39,854 nt of DNA. Origin: Chiloscyllium plagiosum. Lineage: Eukaryota. A program made the translations under genes and the position numbers. The stretch spans positions 1 through 39,854 of the forward strand of contig NW_025214811.1 in NCBI RefSeq assembly GCF_004010195.1. Direction: 5' to 3'. The notes under the pieces are model-generated. The model ran no database searches, was not told the DNA's origin, and worked only from the letters and a program-made list of their open reading frames with translations. Below, piece after piece: positions 1-12,460 of the stretch. The number at the start of each line of letters is the position of its first letter. Within the stretch, counting starts at the first letter, position 1.

Positions 1-250
1 CCCTGGAACTTTGAGACTGATGTGTTAACCACTGAGACACCATGCCCCCTCCCCCTCCCCTCATACCGGGTCCCTGGTATTGAGAGACAGCCGTGATACA
101 CTGAGAGACGATAACTGGGTCCCTGGTACTGTGAGACTGCCATGCTAACCACTGAGACACCATGCACCCAGCTCCTCCCCTGTCCCCCAATCCGTGTGCC
201 TGGTACTGTGAAACAGCCATGCTAACCACTGAGACACCATGCACCCCTCC
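1..250 (-). repeat. Short tandem array (~70-80 bp unit) built from the reverse complement of a tRNA-SINE head
   Basis: Recurrent ccctggtactgtgagac...gctaaccactgagacaccatgc.cccc units resemble the reverse complement of the SINE 5' end at 12461 (ggtggcacagtggttagcactgctgcctcacag...). Confidence 0.6.
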
Positions 251-271
251 CCGCCCCCTCCCCTAAATCGG

Positions 272-2905
272 ATTCACTGTGCTCGGTAATACTGGGGAAA
301 ATGTAAATAAAAGTGATGAGCTTAGAGCTATGATGTTGTGGCCACAACAGAGACGTGTGTTTCTCAGGGGCAGGAGTGGTTGCTGAATGTTCCAGGGTTT
401 AGAACATTTAAAAAGAATAGGGAGGAGGTAAAATGAGGAGGGGGTGTAGCATTGCTCGTCAGAGAGGGTATTACAGCTACAGAAGTTACCATTATTGAGG
501 AGGGTCTGCCTACTGAGTCAGTATGGGTGGAAATTAGGAATGGTAAGGCAGCAATCACCTCATTCGGGGTTAAATACAGGCCCCCCAATAGAAGCAGGGA
601 GATTGAAGAAAGCATAGGTCGGCAGATTTTGGGAAAGTGTGAATGGAAGTTGTAATGTGTGACTAACTTTCCCAATATTGATTGGAACCTCCTTCCAGCA
701 GATGCTTTGGAATGAGCTGTTTTTGTAAAGTGTGTTCAGGAGGGTTTCCGAACTCCGTACGTTGTCAGGCGGAAGAGGGAAGAGGCCATTTTGGATTTGG
801 TGATCGGCAATGAGACGGGGCAGGTGTCAGATCTTGCGGTGGAGGAGCATTTTGGTGATAGTGACCACAGCTGCCTGACATTCTACATAGCCATGGAGAA
901 GGAGAGAAGCAGACACAATGGGAGGATATTTAATTGCGGAAAAGGAAACTATGATACTATCAGACGTGCGTTGGGAAGCATGGACTGAGAGTAATTGTTC
1001 CATGGAAAAGGTCACTGTACACATGTGGAAACTGTTTAAGGAACAATTGTTGCGAGTGATGCATAAATGTGTCCCTCTGAGACAGGCCAGAAGGGGTAAG
1101 ATAAAGGAACCTTTGATGACGAGACCGGAGGAGCTTCTCGTCAAAAGAAAGAAGGCAGCTTACGTAAGGTGGAGGAAGCAAGGTTCTTGCTCAGCTCTAG
1201 AGGATTACAGGCAGGCGCGGAAGGAGCTGAAAAATGGTCTGAGGAGAGCCAGGAGGGGGCACGATAAAGGCTTGGCAGGAAAGATTAGGGAGAACACAAA
1301 GGCATTTTACACTTATGTGAGGAATAAGAGAATGATCAAAGAAAGAGTACGGCCGATCAGCGATAGCATAAGAAACTGATGTATAGAGTCTGAGGAGGTA
1401 GGGGAAGCCCTAAATGAGTTTTTTGCTTCTGTCTTTACGAAAGAAAAGGTCCTTGTAATTAATGATACCATTGAGGAACAGGTAGGCATGCTGGAACGGA
1501 TAGAGATTGAGGGAGCTAATGTGCTGAAAATTTTGACAAACATTAAGATCGACAAGTCACCAGGGCCAGACCAGATTTGTCCTCGGCTGCTTTGGGAAGC
1601 GAGAAATGTGATTGCTACGCCGCTTGAGAATATCTTTGCATCCTTGCTCACAACCAGAGTTGTACCTGAGGACAGGAGGGAGACAAATGTAATTCCTCTC
1701 TTCAAGAAAGGGAGTAGTGAATTCCCTGGCAATTACAGACCAGTCAGTCTCACTTCTGTCGTCTGCAACATGTTAGAAAGGATTCTGAGTGATAGGATTT
1801 ATGACCATCTGGAAGAGCATGGCTTGATTAAAGGCAGTTAGCACGGTTTTGTGAGGGGTAGGTCATGCCTCACAAATCGTATTGAGTGCTTTGAGGGTGT
1901 TACCAGACAGGTTGATGAGGTACGAGCGGTGGATATGGTGTATCTGGACTTCACCAAGGCATTTGATAAGATTCCCCATGGTAGACTCGTTCAGAAGGTG
2001 AGCAGTAATAGGATACAGGGAAATTTAGCTGTCTGGATACAGAATTGGCTGGCCTACAGAAGACAGCGAGTGGTAGTGGAAGGAAAGTATTCTGCCTGGA
2101 AGTCGATGGTTCTGTTCTTGGGCCTCTGCTCTTTGTAATTTTTATTAATGACATGGATGAGGAGATTGAAGAATGGGTCAGCAAGTTTGCAGACGACACA
2201 AAGATTGGAGGTGTCGTTGACTGTATAGAGGACTGTTGAAGGCTGCAGCGTGACATTGACAGGATGCAGAGATGGGCTGAGAGTGACAGATGGAGTTCTA
2301 CCTGGATAAATGCGAGGTGATACATTTTGGAAAATCGAATTTGGAAGCTGAGTACAGGATAAAGGAAAGGATTCTTGGCAGTGTGGAGGAACAGCGGGAT
2401 CTTGGTGTGCAGGTACATAGATCCTTTAAAATTGCCAGCCAAGTGGACAGGGCTGTTAAGAAAGCATATGGTCTTTTGGCTTTCATTAACAGGGGGATTG
2501 AGTTTAAGAGTCGTCCGATCTTGTTGCAGCTCTATAAAAGTTTGGTTAGACCGCACTTGGAATGAAGTGTCCGGTTCTGGTCGCACTACTTTAGGAAGGA
2601 TGCGAATGCTTTGGAGAGGGTTGAGAGGAGGTTTGCCAGGATGCTGCCTGGAATGGAGGACTTATCTTACAAAGAGAGGTTGACTGAGTTCGGACTTTTC
2701 TCATTGGAAAAAAGAAGGAGGAGAGGGGACCTAATTGAGGTGTACAAGATAATGAGAGGCATAGATAGAGTTGATAGCCAGAGTCTTTTTCCCAGGGCAG
2801 AAATTGTTAACATGAGGGGTCATAGTTTTAAGCTGTTTGGTGGAAAGTATAGAGGGGATGTCAGAGGCGGGTTCTTTACACAGAGAGTTGTGAGAGCATG
2901 GAATG
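272..2905 (+). mobile_element. CR1-clade LINE ORF2 (APE endonuclease + RT), decayed; 3' end runs into assembly gap
   Basis: ORF fragments give typical CR1 motifs: ESVWVEIRN, YRPPN, LDLVIGNE, GDSDH, KSPGPDQI, PGNYRPVSLTS, YLDFTKAFDKIPH, GSVLGPLLFVIFIND, KFADDTK, LYKSLVRPHLE, FFTQRVVRAWN. Many stops and frameshifts. Confidence 0.95.
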
Positions 2906-3288
2906 NNNNNNNNNNNNNNNNNNNNNNNNNNNNNNNNNNNNNNNNNNNNNNNNNNNNNNNNNNNNNNNNNNNNNNNNNNNNNNNNNNNNNNNNNNNNNNN
3001 NNNNNNNNNNNNNNNNNNNNNNNNNNNNNNNNNNNNNNNNNNNNNNNNNNNNNNNNNNNNNNNNNNNNNNNNNNNNNNNNNNNNNNNNNNNNNNNNNNNN
3101 NNNNNNNNNNNNNNNNNNNNNNNNNNNNNNNNNNNNNNNNNNNNNNNNNNNNNNNNNNNNNNNNNNNNNNNNNNNNNNNNNNNNNNNNNNNNNNNNNNNN
3201 NNNNNNNNNNNNNNNNNNNNNNNNNNNNNNNNNNNNNNNNNNNNNNNNNNNNNNNNNNNNNNNNNNNNNNNNNNNNNNNNNNNNNNNN
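2906..3288. other. Assembly gap (N run)
   Basis: Run of n characters. Confidence 1.
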
Positions 3289-3418
3289 TCCTCTGGTTAA
3301 TCCACCTTCCCTGCACATCTTTGGACAGTGGGAGGGAACTGGAGCACACGGAGGCTGACACGGGGAGAATGTGCCAACTCCACACAGACAGTCGCCCGAG
3401 GCTGGAATCGAACCCCGG
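3289..3418 (-). mobile_element. V-SINE/HE1-type SINE fragment
   Basis: ctgcacatctttggacagtgggagg...gaatgtgccaactccacacagacagtcgcccgaggctggaatcgaaccc is the reverse complement of the SINE body and B box seen at 12461. Confidence 0.85.
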
Positions 3419-3964
3419 GTGGGGTCAGGCAACACTGAGCCCCCGTGACAATCCCACCATCTCCTCCCCGTTGATGACTGTTTGATGTCTGTAACCGGGG
3501 AGTATCTAACTTGTCTAACGGTTATTTAAGAAAGATTAGGGACAAGGGCAATGCCTCCACAAGCTAAAGATGCTTATCCCGCTCGAAAAACTATTCATAT
3601 CAATTTCAAAAAGAGACTTTACTCACTAAAAACAACTTTACGTACAAACATAGTCACTGAAGTTCGGTTCTGTACAGTCTTTACAACAAGTCTTTGTCAT
3701 GACATATATACTCCCCTTGGCTGATTAACTGAAATGTTAGGTCTGAGCTGTTCCTTCTGAATTAATATCACAAAGTTAAATTGAGAAGGATCTTTGTGAA
3801 GTGCCTGTGTTCTGTATCTGTTCCCATGTACCCCTCCCTCCGAATACAATACCTTACACAGCCTTAAACCTGTTTGTTAACTTTCAGTAGAAGCAGCCTC
3901 AGGGCATTGAACACAGACTGAATTACTCAGTGGCACTTGGATCAGGTCAGATCAAATTCTCAAG

Positions 3965-4190
3965 CAAACAGATGGCTGGGGAAATTCAGCAGATCAGGCA
4001 GCAACGGTGAAGAGAGAGAGGAACAATTTGCATTTCAAGTGACCCTTCCTCAAAACGGTCTGTTCTGAAGGAACTTTCCCGCAGACATCACTGGATTGAA
4101 AGGTGAATTCTCTCTCTGTCTCTTTCTTCCTCTCCGGACGTGCTTAGTTTCTTCAGCAATCTCTGTGTTGATGTTTCAGGTCTCCAGCCT
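3965..4190. mobile_element. Old, degenerate inverted pair of Penelope-like terminal repeats
   Basis: gctggggaaattcagcag...ggcagca...gacccttcctcaaaac, then gttctgaagga...gaaag...ttcttcagcaatctctgtgtt...tctccagc. Same layout as the younger palindromes at 27921 and 28757. Confidence 0.45.
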
Positions 4191-4704
4191 GTCCGTACAA
4201 GTTGACTTTAGTGTTCAATTCTCAAGCTTGCTCTATTAAAGGGATAGAATTTCTCTGCTATCAGTTTCCTCAGCTGACTGGTTTGTGATGCCAACATTGC
4301 TGGCTCAATCTCTATCATGTCTGAAATTACCATGAAGGCCCCAGCTTCTCAACCTCGCCCCTCACCTGAGGTGTGTAACCCACCAGTCCTCTCTCTCTGA
4401 CAAGACTGCAGCTTTCGGGTCTCCTGGTCTACAATAACTTCCCAATTTTAAAAGGGCACTCTAGTAAGAGAGCTGTTTACATGGTTCAGGTCAAAATCCT
4501 GGAGCTCCCGCCCTAACATCACTATGGGTCACCAAAGGACTGGAGCAGGAAAGTACAGTTCACCCCCACATTCCAGGCAACTATTAGAGGGTGTGGTAAT
4601 CACATGCAAGCCACATTTGAAAATAAGTTTTATTACAGAGTCACGGTGGATGGTCACTAAGATGTTTCTTGACCTCTGTTCAAATCAGCATAATGAAGAA
4701 TCAA

Positions 4705-5008
4705 AGGGTGGGTTGAAAATGACAATGATAGCCTTTCGTAGGTTGGTGTTTATTAGAGTTTGCATCGACAGTATGAATGTTTGAGCACTTATACAAGGGC
4801 ACGCAGGAATCTGCCAGAGGGAGTGATGAGGGCTGGTACAATTGTGACATTTAAAAGGCACTCCCTCAGTACTATGTGAATAGGATGGGTCTAGAGGGAT
4901 GTCAGCCAAGTGTTAGCAAATGGAGCGAAATGAGATGAGAATATCTGATTCGTAGGGACGAGTTGGACAGGAGGGTCAGTTTCCAAGCTGTGCACCTCTG
5001 TGACTCTA
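4705..5008 (+). mobile_element. CR1 LINE 3' fragment
   Basis: gctggtacaattgtgacatttaaaaggca...gacgagttggac..agggtcagtttccaagctgtgcacctctgtgactct matches the CR1 3' end at 13850-14031. Confidence 0.75.
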
Positions 5009-5046
5009 TGCCTCTGAATAGTCCCGAAATTTCCACAAGAAAAAAT

Positions 5047-7562
5047 GAGGGTCAGTACCGAGGGAGTGCAACACTGTCAGAGGGTCAGTACTGAGAGAGT
5101 GCTGCACTGTCAAAGGGTCAGTACTAAGGGAGTACTGCACTGTCAGAGGGCCAGTACTGAGGGAGGGCAACACTCTCAGAGGGTCAGTACTGAGGGAGTG
5201 CTGCACTGTCAGAGGGCCAGTACTGAGGGAGCTGCACTGTTAGAGGGTCAGTACTGAGGGAGTGCTGCAATGTCAGAGGGTCAGTATTGAGGGAGTGCTA
5301 CACTGTCGGAGGGTCAGTACTGAGCGAGTGCTGCACTGTCAGAGGGTCAGTGTGAATGAGTGCTACACTGTCGGAGGGTCAGTACTAAGGGAGTGCTGTA
5401 CTGTCAGAAGGTCAGTACTGAGGGAGGGCTACACTGTCAGAGGGTCAGTACTGAGGAAGCTGCACTGTCAGAGGGTCAGTGCTGAGGGATTGCTGCAATG
5501 TCAGAGGGTCAGTACTGAGGGAGTGCTACACTGTCAACGAGTCAGTAATGAGGGAGTGCTGCAAGGTCAGAATGTCAGCACTGAGCAAGTGCTGCACTGT
5601 CAGAGGGTCAGTGCTGAGGGAGTGTCACACTGGCAGAGGGTCAGAACTGAGGGAATGCTGCACTGTCAGAGAGTCAGTACTGTGGGGTTTCTGCACTGTC
5701 AAAGGTTCAGTACTGAGGGAGTGCTACAGTATCAAAGGATCATTACTGAGGGAGTGCTGTGCTGTCAGGGGTCAGTACTGAGGGAACACTGAACTCTCAG
5801 TGGTTCAGTACTGAGAGAGCTCTACACTGCCAAACGGTCAGTACTGAATGAGTGCTGTACTGTCAGGAATGCTAGACCGAGGGATTGCTGCACTGTCAGA
5901 GTGTCAGTTTAGAGGGGGAGCTGCACTGTCAGAGGGTCAGTTCAGAGGGAGAGCTGCACTATCAGAGAGTCAGTACGGAGTCAGGTTCACACTGTCAGAG
6001 GATCGGTACTGACGGATCACCGCACTGTCGGACAGTCAGTACTGAGGGCCTGTTGCATTGCCAGAGAGTCAATATTGAGGGAGGACAGCATTGTCAGAGG
6101 GTCGGGCTGGAGGAAGCGCTGAAATGTCAGAGGGTCAGTACTGAGGGATCACCGCACTGTCGGACAGTCAGTACTGAGGGAGTGCAGCATTGTCAGAGGA
6201 AGTGCTGAAATGTCACAGGGTCAATACTGAGATTGTGCTGCACTGTCAGAGAACAGTACGAGGGAGTTCAGCATTGTCAGAGGGTCGGGACGGAGGAAGC
6301 GCTGAAGTGTCAAACAGTCAGTACTGAGAGAGTACTGAACTGTGAGAGGGTCAGTACTGAGGGAGTGCTACACTGTCAGAGGGTCAGTTCTGAGGAAATG
6401 CTCATTCTCGGAGGGTCAGTACTAAGGAATCACAATGCTGTCAGCGGGTCAAGACTGAGGGATCACCTCACTGTTGGTCAGTCAGTATTGAGGGCCTGTT
6501 GCATTGCCAGAATATCTGTACTGAGGAGCGCTACACTGTCAAAGGTTGAGTACTGCGGGAGTGCTGCACTGTCAGAGGGTCAGTACTGAGGGAGCGCTGC
6601 ACTGTCAGAGGGTCAGTTCTGGGGGTGAGCTGCACTGTCAGAGCGTCAGTACTGAGGGTGACCTGCACTGTCAGAGGTTCAGTACTGAGGGAGTGCCGCA
6701 CTGACGGACAGTCAATACTGAGGGCCAGCTGCATTGCCAGAGAGTCAGTACTGAGAGAGTGCTGCAGTGTTAGTGAGTCAATATTGCGGAAGTGTTGTAA
6801 TGTCAGAGATTCAGTACTGAGGGAGTGCTGCACTGTCAGGGGTGCAGGACCAAGGGAGTGCTGCACTGTCAGCGTGACAGTTCTGAGGGAGTGCTGCACT
6901 GTCAGAATGTCTGTACTGAGGGAATGCAGCACTGTCAAGAGGGTCAGTACTGAGGAAGTGTCGCACTGTCAGAGGGTCAGTACTGAGGGAACGCTGCACT
7001 GTCAGAGTGTCAGTACTGAGGGGGCGCTACACTGTCAGAGTGTCAGTACTGAGGGAGTGCAGCACTGTCAAGAGGGTCAGTACTGAGGAAGTGTCACACT
7101 GTCAGAGGGTCAGTACTGAGGGAACGCTGCACTGTCAGAGGGTGAGTACTGAGGGAGTGCCTCACTGCCAGGGATGCAGGACCAAGGGAGTGCTGCACTG
7201 TCAGTGGATCAGTATGGAGGGAGTGCAGCATTGTCTGAGGGTCAGGACGGAGGAAGCACTGCAATGTCAGAGGGTCAGTACTAAGGGAGTGTCGCAGTGA
7301 CAGAGTGTCACTACTGAGGGAGTGCTGCGCTGTGAAAGGGTCAGTAATGAAGGATTGCCGCAATTTCAGAGGGTCAATCTGGGGGCAGTGCTGCACTGTC
7401 AGAAGGTCAGTACTGAGGGAGCGCTGCAGTGTCAGAGGGTCATTACTGATGAAGTGCCACACTGTCAGAGGGTCATTACTGGAGGAGCGCTACACTGTCA
7501 GCGCATCAGTCTGAGGGACACCTGCATTGTAAGAGAGTCAGTACTGAGTGAGTGTCACACTA
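5047..7562 (+). repeat. 33-bp minisatellite (consensus CACTGTCAGAGGGTCAGTACTGAGGGAGTGCTG), ~75 diverged copies
   Basis: Unit directly visible. It produces the spurious 11-aa ORF repeats HCQRVSTEGVL / CTVRGSVLREC. Confidence 0.97.
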
Positions 7563-7944
7563 TCAGATGGGCTGAATGGCCTAATTTCTGCTCCCATGTC
7601 TTGTGGTCGAAGAGGAATATCTGAAATTGTTCAGTACATTTCTGCCTCTGTGTCGTTCATACCCTGCTCAGCAATGATTCCCGCATCCAGATTACAGAGA
7701 CTGTTCAAACAGACCGTCTTCATTTGGTTATTGAACCTGAAGAGCTTCCCCCTCTTTTCTCAAGGATTGAGTTTTTGTTTTATTCCTCAGCTTCCCTGTA
7801 CTCATCCCAAATGATTCCCACTGCGCCGCACTCAGCACAGTCGTGTTTTCATTATTTCTGAGCTTCCCAATGCCAATCCACATGCAGACTGACGTCCCAC
7901 ACCCCAAATCGTATCACAGGCTAATTGCCTGGGAGACAGCAGTG

Positions 7945-9212
7945 CTAAGAGGGGAAATAGAAATCTGAAAGTATTTTACAGTGACATTAAGTGTGACTTG
8001 ATAATGAGAAAAAGAGTAGGTTGTGGGCTACAGTGATAATTTGTGCATGGACCCAGAGGCTATAGTGAATGGATGCATTTTGTCAATGCTCATTGGGACA
8101 GGATTGATATGAAATCGTGGAGATGTTCTGGGATACAATTAAATGAATTAGCACATATATAGAAAGAGATGGTTCTGAGTGGTCTGGCCTTCTTAAAACC
8201 CAATAAATCTCCAAAGACGGTGGAAATATATCTCAGTTTACCGAATGAGGTGATGGAGGAAGTAGCAGGTACGCTTGCAAACATTTTCAAATCCCCTCAG
8301 GAGAGGTGTCGTCGGACTGACCATGTGGTACCGTTATTCAAGAAGGAACATGGGATATACCAGGCAGCTACAGGCCAGTCAGGCTAATATCGTGGGTGGG
8401 GCGTATGTTGGAAGCAATTTTAGGAGATAGAATTAATCAGCATATGAAGAGATTGGAGTTCAGAATGGTTCTGTTAAGGGGATGTCAGGTCTGACCAATG
8501 GAATTGCACATTTTAAGGAGGTGACCAGGTGTGTAAATAAGGGCAATACTTTCCTATCGTCTGCTTAGAGGTCAGTAAGGCTTTTATCAGGACCCATACT
8601 GGAAACTGATAGTGAACATAAAAACTCTAGATCCAAGGAATTTGGTGCAGAATGCTGAGTGGCAGGAAGCAGACAGTGATGGCCCAATTAGCAATCTCTG
8701 TCCATTCCTCTCTCACTGAAGTTAGTGTTGGGGTCTTGCTGGTGTGGCTGATAGAAAGGATTTAGATTTGAATGGTGGATGGTTAATCAGTGGGTTCATG
8801 AATGATATGAAGATTGTTTGCGTGATAAATACTGAGAAGGATAGCCTTAGGTTACAGAAGGATGGAGATGACCTTGTCAGATGGACTGATCAGTGGCAAC
8901 GGGTGAGGTGCCTGAAGACTGGAGGTTGACTAATGATGTGCCATTACTGAAGTAAGACTGCAAGGAACAGCTATAGAACTATGGAGCTGTGAGCCTGAGG
9001 TCAATGGTGGGTAAGCTGTTGGAGGGCATTCTGAGAGACAATTTACATGCATTAATAAAAGCAAGAATTGATTAGGCATGGTCAGCATGGCTTGTGGAAA
9101 TGGTTTGTCCAATTTGATAGAGTTTTTGAAGGGTTGACCGAGAAGACAGAAGAGAAGGTTTCACAAGGGAGACTGCTTCGTAAAAGGTTAGATGACATGA
9201 CATCCAGGGAGA
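7945..9212 (+). mobile_element. Highly degenerate CR1 ORF2 fragments (probably two pieces)
   Basis: Remnant motifs KPNKSP...EVMEEVAGTLANIFKS, HVVPLFKK, FMNDMKI (FADDTKI-like), LRLQKDGDDLVRW. A second copy of the KG-NY-PVSL region lies at ~8905-9210. Confidence 0.7.
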
Positions 9213-9214
9213 GA

Positions 9215-9478
9215 GGTCAGCACGGTGCCTTAGTGGGTTAGCACTGCTTCCTCACAGCCCAAGGACGCAACTTTGATTCTAGCTCCCGGCGACTGTCTGT
9301 GTGGAGTTTACACATTCTCCCTGTATCTGTGGGTTTCCTCCGGGTGCTCCGGTTTCTTCCCACAGTCCAAATATGTGCAGGTTAGGTGGGGTGTACATGG
9401 GAAATGCAGCATTACAGGGATAGAATAGAGAATGTGAGGGTAGGTGGGATGCTTTTCAGATGGTCGGTGTGGTCCTGA
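9215..9478 (+). mobile_element. V-SINE/HE1-type tRNA-derived SINE
   Basis: cagcacggtgccttagtgggttagcactgcttcctcacag...ctgtgtggagtttacacattctccc...gggtttcctccgggtgctccggtttcttcccacagtccaaa. Confidence 0.9.
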
Positions 9479-9646
9479 TTAATCCAGAGACCCAATAATG
9501 TTCTGGGGACAAGGGCTCCAATCTTGGACTGCGGTGAATGTGGGTCCTTACAGTCTGAAGTGGTTTGTGGATGAACGCAGTCTGAGGGTTGGGCTGGGCT
9601 ATGTTCTGAGGTGTTGAGCGTGTGAATGTTTTGTGGAGGTACTGTC

Positions 9647-9949
9647 TTAGATTTAGATTTCTGACAGTGTGGAAACAGGCCCTTTGGCCCAACAAGTCCA
9701 CGCCGACCCGCCGAAGCGCAACCCACCCATACCCCTACAACTAAAAAATCCGGGCAATTTAGCATGGCCAACTTACCTGGCCTGCACATCTTTGGATAGT
9801 GGGAGGAAACCGGAGCACCCGGAGGAGACGAACGCAGACACAGGGAGAATGTGCAAACTCCACGCAGTCAGTCGCCTGAGTCGGGAATTGAACCCGGGTC
9901 TCTGGCGCTGTGAGGCAGCAGTGCTAACCACTGTGCCACCGTGCCGCCC
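9647..9949 (-). mobile_element. V-SINE/HE1-type SINE, full length and young
   Basis: Reverse complement reads gggcggcacggtggcacagtggttagcactgctgcctcacagcgccagagacccgggttcaattccc...aagggcctgtttccacactg, with a (tctaaa) tail. Confidence 0.95.
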
Positions 9950-10407
9950 ACTGAGGGACCTTGGGGGTAAATACAATGGAGTGGTGCTTTCTGAGGTATG
10001 AGGGAGAACTATCTGGCGGTACAAGATGTAGAATGTTGGAAGGTACAGATACACTTCAATGATTATTCCCTCAGGGTCTGCAAGGTACGCTGGTGTCGTA
10101 ATTTGGGATGGAGGCTACTTCCATTTTAGAAGATTCAGATCTTTTTAAACAATCAGTGAAAACTAACTACACCATGTGTCTTAAACATGGATTGGAGGAA
10201 AACTATTGTCAATCTATGGTCACTTGTTGCTTGGAGATGCTTCAGAAAAGCAGCCACACAAACAGACCAACTCTGTCGAGGCAAGAAATGGTGCACAGGA
10301 AGTCATTTGCAGTTGCTGTCTGTCTCTCCAGAGCAGTCATCATGCGAGATCAGTCCTAGGAGAAGTAATCTCTCCATCGAACATTCCTCCACGTTTGTAC
10401 AGTAATT

Positions 10408-10742
10408 GTGGTTGTGTGTGTGTGTATCTCTGTGTGTGTGAGAGAGAGAGAGACAGAGAGTGAGTGTGTGTCCGACTGTGTGAGAGAGAGTGCATGTGTG
10501 TATCTCTTTGTGTCTGCGTGCATGAGAGAGGGATTATGTGTTTGTGTATGTAGCTGTCTGAGTGTGTGTTTGTGTGTGATAGAGGAATGTGTGTGTGAGA
10601 GAGAGATTATGTGTTTGAGTATGTGTCCGCCTGAATGTGTGTGTGTGAGAGAGAAAGGAATGTGTGTGTGTGTGTGAGAGAGAGAGAAAGAGTGTATTTG
10701 ATGGAGTGAGAGTGTGTGTGTGTGTTTGACAGAGTGAGTGTC
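10408..10742. repeat. Imperfect (TG)n/(GA)n microsatellite region
   Basis: Alternating tgtg/gaga tracts. Confidence 0.95.
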
Positions 10743-10744
10743 TG

Positions 10745-11085
10745 CAGGTGAACCCTTCACCGCCGCTCCCTCACCACCAGACGCCTGGAGGAAGAACGCC
10801 TCATCTTCCNNNNNNNNNNNNNNNNNNNNNNNNNNNNNNNNNTGACCTATCACCTTCATCTCCTCCCCCACTCACCTATTGTACTCTATGCTACTTCCCC
10901 CCACCCCCACCCTCCTCTAGGTTATCTCTCCATGCTTCAGGCTCTCTGCCTTTATTCCTGATGAAGGGCGTATGCCCGAAACGTTGATTTTGCTGCTCGT
11001 CGGATGCTGTCTGAATTGCTGTGCTCTTCCAGCACCACAGATCCAGAATCTGGTTTCCAGCATCTGCTGTCATTGTTTTTACCTT
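10745..11085 (+). mobile_element. Penelope-like element 3' end: endonuclease C-terminus, 3' UTR and hammerhead-bearing terminal repeat (gap at 10810-10842)
   Basis: agacgcctggaggaagaacgcctcatcttc = RRLEEERLIF. A pyrimidine-rich UTR follows, then ctgatgaagggcgtatgcccgaaacg and a tail near-identical to the reverse complement of the insert at 28757. Confidence 0.8.
10958..10985 (+). ncRNA. Minimal hammerhead ribozyme core (PLE type)
   Basis: CTGATGA-A-GGGC-GTAT-GCCC-GAAAC-GTT: CUGANGA and GAAA boxes flank an intact stem II. Confidence 0.75.
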
Positions 11086-11167
11086 GTTACCCTCTGCTTT
11101 CTACCATCAAGCCAATTGTGTACTCACTTTGCCAACGCCCCCTGGATTCCATGCGATCTAAATTTCC

Positions 11168-12132
11168 GGGGGCGGGGGGGGGGGTGAGTAGGCAACACTA
11201 AGGAAGGGGGTGCTTGCAATGCTGGTTCGGGATCAGTCAGGAAGGGGGTGATTACTTTACTTTGTCCAGATCAGTCACGGAGTGGTTGATTCAGTGATGT
11301 GCCGGGATCATTCAGTGAGGGGACGAATGTAGTGTTGGGTAGTGATGAGTCAGGCAGGCTGAGATTGCAATGTTGGGAGGGATCAGTCAGGGAGTGGGTG
11401 AGTGCAGTGTTAGGTAGGGATCAGCTGGAGAGGATGAGATTAAAGTGTTGATCGGGATCAATAAGAGAGAGGGAGATTACTGTGTTGGATAGGAATCAGT
11501 CAGGAATGGGGTGATTGCAGTGTGGGGTAGTGATCAGTCATGGAGGAGGAGATTGCTTTATTGTGTAGGCATCAGTCAGGGAGGGATTGAGTGTAGTGAT
11601 GGGTATGGATCAGTAAGTGAGGTGAGGGGTGATTACAGTGTTGGGTAGGGGTCAGTCAGTGAGGGGATTATTGCAGTTTTGTGTCGGGATCAGCAAGGAA
11701 CGGGGTGATTACACTGTTGGGTAGGGATCTGTGAGGGAGTGGTTGATTGAAGTGTTGTGCAGAGGTCTGCCAGGAAGGTGTAGATTACATAATTGGGATC
11801 AGTCATGGATAGGGAGAATACACAGTGGGTAGAGATCAGTCAGCGAGGAGCAGATTACCGTGTTAAGACTGGATTAATCAGTAAGGGCATGATTGTCGTG
11901 TTTGGGAGGGATCAGTCAGGGAGGGGGTGATTACAGTGTTGGGTAAGGATCAGTCGGGGGGGGACCCTGCAGTGTTTGGTAGGGACCAGTCAGGGAGGGG
12001 GTGATTACAATGTGGGATATGGATCAGTCAGGGAGGGGGTGAGTGCAGTGTTGGGTAGGGATCTGTCAGGGAGGGGGAGATTGCAGTGTTGAGTAGGGAA
12101 AAGTCAGCGAGCCGGTTGTTGCAGTGTTGGTG
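11168..12132 (+). repeat. G-rich ~38-bp minisatellite (consensus GGGATCAGTCAGGGAGGGGGTGATTACAGTGTTGGGTA)
   Basis: About 25 diverged tandem units, best preserved at 11905-12095. Confidence 0.9.
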
Positions 12133-12460
12133 AATCTGTTTTTTTGGTGACAGTACAGATGAATGTACAGTTTGTATCTGGAACTGTAACTAACGAATCT
12201 ATATTGTTCCAAAGTCAACAGAGTGTATGTTCACTGCAAGATCGAAAGTGCTTTTTGAATTTCCAGTACAGCAACGGTTGCCAGCAAAGAGAGGAGCTTT
12301 TCCAAAATAGATACATGTTCCAATTATCTGAGGTTTGGTTGCTGTTTTGACCACAATTCCAATTTACCCAATTAGTTTAAATTATGCCCAGGATACCAGA
12401 AACCACTTGGTTTGATTTTTTGGACACCTTGAAACTGATTATAAGAATTTAATGAGTCAT

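Noticed and set aside
2611..3485. Long ORFs spanning 2906-3288
   Set aside because: Artefacts of the N gap.
3490..3858. Possible solo LTR (TGTAA...TTACA)
   Set aside because: No TSD and no second copy in the window; the termini could be chance.
5006..7624. ORFs with repeated HC/CC motifs that resemble zinc-finger or keratin-associated proteins
   Set aside because: Translation of a 33-bp (multiple of 3) minisatellite; open in several frames and on both strands, with no gene structure.
5047..12132. CRISPR-like repeat arrays
   Set aside because: Head-to-tail tandem units without unique spacers, no cas genes, vertebrate context.
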